The notes beneath the pieces were generated by a model, which had not been told where the DNA came from, ran no database searches, and saw nothing but the letters and a program-made list of their open reading frames with translations. This document shows, one piece after another, positions 19,942 to 28,224 of a stretch of 64,000 nt of DNA (position 1 is the first letter of the stretch; each line of letters starts with the position of its first letter). The DNA comes from Candidatus Poribacteria bacterium (GTDB taxonomy: Bacteria; Poribacteria; WGA-4E; JAJDTR01): the NCBI GenBank assembly GCA_965222225.1, contig CBDCTK010000002.1, positions 1,536,001 to 1,600,000 on the forward strand, given 5' to 3'. The translations under genes were made by a program, and so were the position numbers.

Positions 19942-20688
19942 ATGACGAAGAAACAAGAGAATCAACCGGTTGTAGGAATATCCGCAGACTCAAACCAACT
20001 CCACCTAACAGAGCAACAAGAACTGGCAATTGAACTTTGGGAGATGGGAGACTTCAAACAGATCGCCGCCGCTGTCGGCGTAACCCCGGAAGTCCTGAGG
20101 GACTGGGAAGATCAAAACATCTTCCGCGTTGCTCGCCTCAATAAAGGAGATAACTATGGAGCGAACATGGACGAACTGCAAGCCGTCGCCCTAACCTTAG
20201 ATAGCGTGTCATTCGCCGATGCAGAAGAGGTCCTTGAATTAGATGCGGGCACCATCGCCGATTGGGCGACAGACTCGGACTCCGTGTTCGCTTGCCTGCT
20301 CCGAGAGATGAAGGCCATATCCATGGAGCCTACTCATGCCGAATGGTGCGCCAAGCACGAAGCCGAAAACAAAGCGCTGAAAGACCAGCAGATGCTCGCC
20401 ATCCCCCACATCCTCGCCGGAAAGTCCGATGCCCAAGTCGCCGAAGCCGTGGGCGTCGCCAGAGAAACCGTTAACCGCTGGAGAAACCACGATGAAGACT
20501 TCATACAAGATGAGCTGTCCCAAAGCCGCGTCGCCCAAGTCAATGCCCGGGTAATCGCCCTCTCAAGCGTCAACGCCAAGGCTATCGAGGTCATGGAGGA
20601 ACTCCTCGACAGCGATGACGAACAAATCCGGATGCGCGCCGCCATGCACCTTCTCAAAACCGTCCCCCTCACCCACAAAAATCAGTAG
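19942..20688 (+). CDS. Multi helix-turn-helix protein (phBC6A51-like HTH repeats)
   Basis: Three HTH-like modules, e.g. QMLAIPHILAGKSDAQVAEAVGVARETVNRWRNHDEDF; C-terminal AIEVMEELLDSDDEQIRMRAA; AAAGGA RBS before ATG 19942. Confidence 0.7.
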   Translation: MTKKQENQPVVGISADSNQLHLTEQQELAIELWEMGDFKQIAAAVGVTPEVLRDWEDQNIFRVARLNKGDNYGANMDELQAVALTLDSVSFADAEEVLELDAGTIADWATDSDSVFACLLREMKAISMEPTHAEWCAKHEAENKALKDQQMLAIPHILAGKSDAQVAEAVGVARETVNRWRNHDEDFIQDELSQSRVAQVNARVIALSSVNAKAIEVMEELLDSDDEQIRMRAAMHLLKTVPLTHKNQ

Positions 20689-21210
20689 CCGGCATACGCC
20701 GTATGCCTTGCATACCTCAACCGACTGAATACTATATGTAGTACTATATGTAGGGTGCGCATTGCGCACCAGCCTTTTTCCTTGCACCAGCCTTTTTCCC
20801 TATTGATATCCTGCCCCGCCGCTGCATTTGCACAACCCTCGTTCGTTCGCCGCGCCCGTTTTACGTAACCGCCGCGCACCCCAAAAACACGGAGCGCACA
20901 TTAGCGCACTTTGGCGCACACGCCGCCATCCCGTTCAAACCCGCGCCGTTACGGGTTTCGCGCCCCGAATCGGCGCCGGAACCTAGCGTGCGCTCCCATT
21001 CCTCAATCACCGCCTCTAAATCATGGTAATCCCTCAGCCACACGACAATATCGCCACTAACTACTCTCCACTCCCCACTCTCCCCTGTCTTTCTCACTGT
21101 TTTTTGAAACCCCCAAATCCCGCTCTTCGTTTTTTTCTTTGCAACGAAATGTCCGTCAAGAGTCCCGTCATCCGATTCTCCGATCCATCAAAATAATCGA
21201 AAAAAAACTC

Positions 21211-21239
21211 TTGACAAATTTCCGAATCTGTTATATTAT
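21211..21239 (+). promoter_or_regulatory. Sigma70-like promoter giving a ~310-nt leader
   Basis: A-tract, then TTGACA-17-TATTAT. Confidence 0.65.
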
Positions 21240-21557
21240 ACTCACAAGTTGTGGTCTTGATGCGTCACGACTGTATCCTTCGATCACGGCTTCATCATAA
21301 TCTAATACGCTCCAAACCGTGGAAAACCCCGCGGAAACCGGAGCAAATACAACTTCCCATTTTTCATGCAACATTCAGTGTGAGGGGTAGTCCCTCAAAC
21401 GAGGTTCCGCATCTTAAAGGAATCTTGTCGATTCTCTTTTATTTCGAAAGGAAAACTACCAATTATGGATAGTTCGATTCAGTCTTGTGAAACTCGCAAG
21501 AACGACAAACCCAAATTGAATGCTACAGCTAACACAAAACCCAGGAGGTATAATAAA

Positions 21558-24500
21558 ATGATGTGTAGCAATTGGAAAATTAGCGTATTCGGTATCGTCG
21601 CGCTCATGCTAGCCTTCGGGCTTGCCACGACCGATGCCTTGGCACAGACAGAATACAGTCCCGTAACGGTAGAAGTTACTGCCCGGTCCAGCGGGGACAG
21701 CCCTGTCATCATCAACGCTTTGAGAGCAGCCGATGTGGTGGACATTACGTTTGTAATTAACACAACAGCTATCGCTACGGCAGATCCCACCGGCACGATT
21801 ACCATCACGATTCCCTCCGGATGGTCCCGCGCGTTCATGACCAGCGATACGCTCGATACGCTAGAGCCGGCTCGGGATCAGCGGGCGGGCGCTATTATAG
21901 CATTCGACAGCGCCGATACTAACGCTGATGACGCTGATGACATTACGCTTGACGCCCGTGGCAATCGACTGATTGCCACTGTCAAAAAGGATGTAATCGG
22001 TAGTACAATTACCTGGCACTATCGCAACGTAAAGCTTCCGGCTAGCGCCAGCACCTACGCCTTCGGAGTGCATTCGACGATACACGGAGGCTTGCCTCGC
22101 CTCGATCCGAGCACTATCATCGGTGACGTGGTTAGTAGAACCGAGACGACGAAAGGCGATGGCCGTAACATCGTGCTTGCTGTCGGCTCGGTGGCGAACG
22201 GCATGGGAAAATTCGTGTTGACCAGTCCATCGTTTCCTAAGGGGAATGATAAGTACAAATCCGGCGAAGGTGAAACTTCAACATATAATTACGAAAAACA
22301 CAATCTGGTGTATGCAGGGCAGGCACTGGGGAATTTGGTGTTTACCTTCACCGCCGCCGGAACAATGTATAAGGGTTCCACAGTCACGCTCGTCCTGCCG
22401 GGCGGCACTCTCGCGGAAGGAACTACTGTCAATACCCTGCCAATATGGATTGACCCCGAGAAACCTTTGCGAAACGAGAACAATGACGGCGTAGCCGACC
22501 AGAACGAGGTGAGCGTGAGCGGAGCGGATATTGACGATGCCCTTACGACAGAGTCTACGGTGACAGCCAAACTTGGAGCCACCAGGCAAGCCGGTCATCC
22601 GATTAGGTTTACCGTCAAGAACGTAAAGGCGCCCAAAGTTGAAGGCATCACCCAGGTGACCGCAGCGTTTGTCGCCCAAATGAATTCGCTAGTAGCCGTG
22701 GACGGTGATGATGCCGGTACCGCCGCCAAAGTCGGAGATACGGTCTACTTCACCGTGTATGGGACACACGGAGACAACAGCCACAAGGTGGCAGTTGACG
22801 ACCTCTCCATGAGTCGAACAGGAGATGCCGAGGCCAACCTGATGTTGACATTCACCTCCGGGGGCGTGATGTTAGAAGGCTCCGTGGTCGAAATCATGGT
22901 GCCTGCCGGTTGGATGCCATCGCCCTACATCAACATAATAGGTGATACCAATCCCGCCGGACACGTGGCTGTAGAGAGCGACGGTGGCGCCCTCTCGATG
23001 GTTAAGGTCTCCAACCGGAGTATCATAATTACCCTCGCGAGCAAATTGGCTAAAGACAGTACGCTTACCGCCACCTATTACGCCGCCAAAGCCCCCAAGA
23101 CGCAGCGAAGCTATACCTTCTCTTCAAAGGCGAGTTCCCATAAACAGGCAACCCCGATGCCAATCACCAGCCCGACGATTAGCGTTATCACCGGGCACGG
23201 CAGCGGAACCATCGCCTTGAACCGAGGCGGCGCCGCCTTTGCGCGGGCGACGAGGAAAACCAACGTCGGCACGCTTACGTTCATCTATTCCCCTGCCGGG
23301 CTTATGCCGACGGGTTCGGTGATTCGAATTAGTTGGCCCAACAACTGGTCGGCGCCGCGAAACGACAACGCCGATGGCAGACACGACGAAGGCGAGATCC
23401 TGGTGTCCCCCGCCGACAAAGCGACGCTTGTGCTTACGCGAGGCACCGGTACCGACATGCACACGGCGAGCATAACCACCACGAAGACGCTGATGGCAAG
23501 TGACCGCATAACGGTCGCCTACCGCAACGTCATGGTTCCCGACGTGGACCCGCGTTCCGACGTGTTCGAGACGAGAGTGCTCTCGGGGACCGGGGATATT
23601 GCCCTCCCCGGCGCCAGGCTCGACTCCAGCCCGGTGGTCGGCATCGGGCAAGCCCCGGACGGCTCCGGAAGCATCATGGCGAGCATCAACGAAGCGGACG
23701 CCGGCTCGAAGGTTGACATGATCGACTTCACCTATACCGCGGGCGGATCGATGTCCATCGGCGCCCAGGTGCTGATTGTCGTACCGGAGGGCTGGTCGGT
23801 GCCGATACTTGAGAACAACGATGGCGTGACTGACACCGGCGAGACCACGGCGACAGGCGCGGGCGCGCCGGCACTCGCTATTAGCGGCAACATGTTGACC
23901 GTTACACTTGGCGCCCCCTTGAGCAGCGGCGAGCAGTTCAAGATTACCTACAAGAACGCCATGGCGCCGGGGGCGGGCGGCTCCTACATCTTCGGCGCGA
24001 AGTCAAGCGTGAGATCCGGCGGAACGCTTACGGCGCTTTCGCAGAGCCCGACCATCACCGTGTCCCAAGTGGCGTCCGGCTCTATTGCGCTGACATCAGC
24101 CAGCGGTCCGTTGACCTCCGCCGCTCCCGACGTGGACCTCGGAAACTTGGTGTTTACCTTCGCCGCAGGCACGCAGATGCAGCCCGGGGCGCAGGTGATA
24201 ATCACCATTCCTCTAGGTTGGACGCTCCCCTTTGTCGACAACGACGACGGCGTTGACACCGCCGGCGAGGTGTCGTTGACCGGCATGGCGGATCTCAGCG
24301 TGTCCGGAGGCGGCTCGCAACCCTGGAGGTTGAGCGCCACCGCGACCGGTACGCTGGAAGCCGGCAATACGCTGACATTTACCTACAAGACGGTGACCGC
24401 GCCTTCGGCGGAAGCCACCTACCTGTTCATGACGGAGGCGTCCATCAGCGCCGGCGCAACGACCCTCCCGCTTTCAGTTCAGCCGAAGGTGATTGTCCGA

Positions 24501-26948
24501 GCGTCGGTCGCCGCCATTGCCGCTCATGCCATGCCGACCAAGGTATTTGTTGGCGATGACATAGCTGTCACCGTCGACCTCTGGAGCGCCGCTGGCGAAC
24601 TCGCCAAGGCATTGGGCGATAGGGTTGTCATGCTGTCCAGTTCGTCTGAAACCGCCAGCTTTACCGATGCCGATGGGAATGCGATTACCTCAATCACCAT
24701 TGCGGACAACACCTCGTCGGCGTCTGCCACTTACGGTGATTCCACCGCTGGCATGGCAACGATAACCGCTACCTCCGGCGAAATGACCTCCTCCGTGGAT
24801 GTCGAGGTCAAGTCTACTATACGCGATCTGGTGGTCGATGTGCCGATCGCAAGGCAGGGTTCCACGTTTACGGTCTCTGCAACCGGTAAAGGCGGCGGGG
24901 GTACCGTGACGCTTCTGGATTCCGAGGGCGAAAAAGTGGGAACGAAGAAAGCACTTGATCCGATCGGCGACGTTGATCCCGATGGCGATCAGGAGTACTC
25001 CCGTTCCGTTACGCTGCCTGCGGTGCTTGAGGATGGCATGTATACCGTAAGCGTCGAAATTCAGGGGGATGTCAATAACGAGTTGACGGTTCAGGTGTTG
25101 AACGACCAGACGCCCCCGACCATCAGCGACGCCGATGCGTCTGAGGCAGTGGTTGTCAACGGCGATACACTCACTCTCTCCGCTGATGTCGCCATGAACG
25201 AATCGATGGTTGCCATTGCTTCGGTTATCGCGGATATCGGCGGGCTGGATTCCACGCAAACCACGGTGGCGTTGGACGAACTTTCGAGTTCGCCCGGCAA
25301 ATACTTCACCATCATCACGGTTGACGATGCCAATGAAGCGGAAGACGGTGAGTACACCATCACCATCACCGCGACCGATGCCATCGGCAACACGGGATCA
25401 GACACGGTCATGGTCACCTTGGAGAACGATCCGAGCGAGCTGAATTCTGCCGAGGTTACTCCGGCAAGCGGCAAGCCCGGCGAAACTATCTGGATTAAGG
25501 CGACCGGTTCCGAGGGCGGAAGCCCCGAAGCCACCGTCAATAATTCCGACAGCGGAATGATGATTGCTCAGGTGACGCTCGAAGAGGAAGAGGGTAACGC
25601 CGGAAATTACGTTGCCGGACTCATGATTGTTGAGGACGCGCACCCGGTCGGTGTCTACGATGTCACCGTAACCCTCGGTACGAAGATGATGACGCTTTCC
25701 GGCGCCTTGACAATCGTTCCTCCGGGATACGAGTTCACCCTCGATATTCCGGCAGGTCGCAGCATGATCCACATTCCGCTCGCCGTTGCTCAGGTGAACG
25801 GCGTGGACATGGAAATCAACACCGTCCGAGACGTGTTCAGTGCGTTGGGCGATGCTGTCGGCTTCATTACCACGCTTGCCGACGATGGCGTCACCTTTAA
25901 TAGTTACCTTGGTGACGACGCACCCGGCAGCGCCTTCGGCGATACGGCTATCGGTGACGATACCGGCCTGATTGTGAATATGACGTCCGCCATGACGCTT
26001 GCCCTCAAGGGCGATGCGCTAGGGAGCGGCGGGTCAGCCACGATGAACCTGCGCGCTGGGCTGAATCTCGTCGGCGTGCCGCTGCAAACCGGCATTTTGC
26101 CGACGCTCAGCGCTGCGATTAATCACCCGGTTTTCGCCGGGATCACGCACATTGTGATCATGGACGAAAACGGGCAATTCCAGAACGTCCTCGCAGGCAC
26201 CGCTACGGACGGCCCTCTCATGGGTGGCACGGGTTATTTTGTCATCGCGAGCGCGGCGTTAGCGTTGCCGGTATCTGGTGTTGCGTGGGAGAACGATGGC
26301 GGCAGCGGCAGCAGCGCTGCTCCGGTCGTACTCAACGCGTCAACAACCTCGGTACTGCATGTGCAGGGTAGACTGATTGACGAAGTCGGCATGATGTCGC
26401 TTGACGGTTTGAACGTCTCCTTCAAGAACCTGTCCAGCGGCACCGTTCTCGGCAGCACCGTCGCAACGGATGACTACAGCATGACCTTCGTGAAAATCGA
26501 TACGACCGCCGCGAAGGTTGGCGATATCCTTGAGATAAACGCCGACTCCGGGAATCCGCTGCTCGGTGTCCGTCCGGTACAGCATGTTGTGACCGCTGCG
26601 GATGTGCTCAACGGCAGTATCAGCCTGCCCGACCTCGTGTCCTACGAGATTCCGGCGCAGTCCGAACTGCTGGCTAACTATCCGAACCCGTTCAATCCTG
26701 AAACATGGATTCCGTACCGTCTAGCTGAAGACGCCAGTGTCTCCGTGACCATCTACGGAGCGTCCGGCAGCCTCGTCCGCACCATCGACGTTGGCTTCAC
26801 GCCGGCGGCTGTCTACGAAGGACGTTCGGACGCCATCTACTGGGATGGCCGGAACAACTTCGGTGAGCAGGTCTCTAGCGGTATCTACTTCTATCACCTG
26901 AACGCGGGCGACTTCTCAGCCACTCGCAAGATGGTAATCGTGAAGTAG
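21558..26948 (+). CDS. Large secreted beta-rich repeat protein with C-terminal FlgD-Ig (T9SS type A-like) sorting domain
   Basis: AGGAGG RBS before ATG 21558; signal peptide; repeated L.FT..A.G.M..G..V.I.VP.GW..P module; LLANYPNPFNPETWIPYRLA...YWDGRN..GE.VSSGIYFY.L.AGDFSATRKMVIVK. Confidence 0.85.
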   Translation: MMCSNWKISVFGIVALMLAFGLATTDALAQTEYSPVTVEVTARSSGDSPVIINALRAADVVDITFVINTTAIATADPTGTITITIPSGWSRAFMTSDTLDTLEPARDQRAGAIIAFDSADTNADDADDITLDARGNRLIATVKKDVIGSTITWHYRNVKLPASASTYAFGVHSTIHGGLPRLDPSTIIGDVVSRTETTKGDGRNIVLAVGSVANGMGKFVLTSPSFPKGNDKYKSGEGETSTYNYEKHNLVYAGQALGNLVFTFTAAGTMYKGSTVTLVLPGGTLAEGTTVNTLPIWIDPEKPLRNENNDGVADQNEVSVSGADIDDALTTESTVTAKLGATRQAGHPIRFTVKNVKAPKVEGITQVTAAFVAQMNSLVAVDGDDAGTAAKVGDTVYFTVYGTHGDNSHKVAVDDLSMSRTGDAEANLMLTFTSGGVMLEGSVVEIMVPAGWMPSPYINIIGDTNPAGHVAVESDGGALSMVKVSNRSIIITLASKLAKDSTLTATYYAAKAPKTQRSYTFSSKASSHKQATPMPITSPTISVITGHGSGTIALNRGGAAFARATRKTNVGTLTFIYSPAGLMPTGSVIRISWPNNWSAPRNDNADGRHDEGEILVSPADKATLVLTRGTGTDMHTASITTTKTLMASDRITVAYRNVMVPDVDPRSDVFETRVLSGTGDIALPGARLDSSPVVGIGQAPDGSGSIMASINEADAGSKVDMIDFTYTAGGSMSIGAQVLIVVPEGWSVPILENNDGVTDTGETTATGAGAPALAISGNMLTVTLGAPLSSGEQFKITYKNAMAPGAGGSYIFGAKSSVRSGGTLTALSQSPTITVSQVASGSIALTSASGPLTSAAPDVDLGNLVFTFAAGTQMQPGAQVIITIPLGWTLPFVDNDDGVDTAGEVSLTGMADLSVSGGGSQPWRLSATATGTLEAGNTLTFTYKTVTAPSAEATYLFMTEASISAGATTLPLSVQPKVIVRASVAAIAAHAMPTKVFVGDDIAVTVDLWSAAGELAKALGDRVVMLSSSSETASFTDADGNAITSITIADNTSSASATYGDSTAGMATITATSGEMTSSVDVEVKSTIRDLVVDVPIARQGSTFTVSATGKGGGGTVTLLDSEGEKVGTKKALDPIGDVDPDGDQEYSRSVTLPAVLEDGMYTVSVEIQGDVNNELTVQVLNDQTPPTISDADASEAVVVNGDTLTLSADVAMNESMVAIASVIADIGGLDSTQTTVALDELSSSPGKYFTIITVDDANEAEDGEYTITITATDAIGNTGSDTVMVTLENDPSELNSAEVTPASGKPGETIWIKATGSEGGSPEATVNNSDSGMMIAQVTLEEEEGNAGNYVAGLMIVEDAHPVGVYDVTVTLGTKMMTLSGALTIVPPGYEFTLDIPAGRSMIHIPLAVAQVNGVDMEINTVRDVFSALGDAVGFITTLADDGVTFNSYLGDDAPGSAFGDTAIGDDTGLIVNMTSAMTLALKGDALGSGGSATMNLRAGLNLVGVPLQTGILPTLSAAINHPVFAGITHIVIMDENGQFQNVLAGTATDGPLMGGTGYFVIASAALALPVSGVAWENDGGSGSSAAPVVLNASTTSVLHVQGRLIDEVGMMSLDGLNVSFKNLSSGTVLGSTVATDDYSMTFVKIDTTAAKVGDILEINADSGNPLLGVRPVQHVVTAADVLNGSISLPDLVSYEIPAQSELLANYPNPFNPETWIPYRLAEDASVSVTIYGASGSLVRTIDVGFTPAAVYEGRSDAIYWDGRNNFGEQVSSGIYFYHLNAGDFSATRKMVIVK

Positions 26949-26967
26949 GTCTAGCCTGTGCTAAACC

Positions 26968-27025
26968 AATTAGCTGCTAGGCGCTTGGCGAAAACATCGT
27001 TGTTGCGCTTAGCAGCTAATTTTTT
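26968..27025 (+). terminator. Intrinsic terminator
   Basis: AATTAGCTGCTAGGCGC...GCGCTTAGCAGCTAATT followed by a T tract. Confidence 0.8.
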
Positions 27026-27119
27026 GTAGAGTCCCTGCTACTGCTCGGTCTGGATTGCCAAATCCAGACCGGTGCCAACTTTCTAACCTTCGAGCCTTCC
27101 GCCCTTGCTAATAATCAAA

Positions 27120-27148
27120 TTGAAATCAAATACAAACCGTGCTATAAT
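27120..27148 (+). promoter_or_regulatory. Extended -10 sigma70 promoter
   Basis: TTGAAA-17-TATAAT with the TGn extension. Confidence 0.65.
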
Positions 27149-27189
27149 AAATCCCAATCACCAAACTGTTTGTCGGGTGCACACTGCTT

Positions 27190-28185
27190 GTAGGGTGCGC
27201 ACTGCGCACCAGCCTTTTTCCTTATTGCGCATTCCTTATGCCGCAACAAAAATCACTGCCTCATAACACCATAACTCATCTTCAACTGTGTTTATCTTCT
27301 CTTGGGCGGGTACACACAATCGCGCATCTCAATGTAGGGTGGGCACCGCCCACCAGCCTTTTTCCCTATGGCGCATTTCCTTATGCCTCAACAAACATCA
27401 CTGCCTCATAACATCATAAACGTTGACACCTCGTGTTTATCTTCTTTATGGATACAATTTCAACAATCACCTGTCTTAATGATGGCGGTTACACAATCCC
27501 GCATCTCAATGTAGGGTGGGCACTGCCCACCAGCCTTTTTCCTTATGGCGCATTCCTTATGGCGCAACAAACATCACTGCCTCATAACATCATAAACGTT
27601 GACACATCGTGTTTATCTTCTTTATGGATACAATTTCAACAATCACCTGTCTTAATGATGGCGGTTACACAATCCCGCATCTCAATGTAGGGTGGGCACC
27701 GCCCACCAGCCTTTTTCCTTATGGCGCATTCCTTATGGCGCAACAAACATCACTGCCTCATAACATCATAAACGTTGACACATCGTGTTTATCTTCTTTT
27801 GGATACAATTTCGACAATCACTTGTCTTTACGATAGCGGTTACACAATCCCGCATCTCAATGTAGGGTGGGCACCGCCCACCAGCCTTTTTCCTTATGCC
27901 TCTACAAACATCACTGCCTCATAACATCATAAACGTTGACACATCGTGTTTTTTTTCTTTTGGATACAATTTCAACAATCACCTGTCTTAATGATGGCGG
28001 GATCAAGCGACCGAATAGGGAGTGCGATAGCCGTTTTGTCGAATCATCGGTTCCGACGGCCTCATAACATCATAAATCTTCACACCTCGTGTTTATCTTC
28101 TTTACTTTCAGCTTATGTTTGTTTTTTGTCTATGTTTTAGGACTTTAAATTGGCTTTGTAGGGTGCGCACCGCGCACCAGCCTTT
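27190..28185 (+). repeat. ~176-bp tandem array, each unit beginning with a GTAG REP
   Basis: REPs at 27190, 27334, 27511, 27687, 27862 and 28158; the AT-rich segments between them are near-identical copies. Confidence 0.9.
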
Positions 28186-28224
28186 ACTTACTGTACGTTT
28201 TTTTGGAGGTTAAATATTAAAGTT

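Noticed and set aside
21240-21557. Riboswitch in the long leader
   Set aside because: Small hairpins are present, but I recognise no known aptamer consensus; an Rfam scan would be needed.
27190-28185. CRISPR array or small repeated ORFs (27433, 27609, 27946)
   Set aside because: The segments between REPs are near-identical copies rather than unique spacers; the ORFs have atypical starts and run through REPs.
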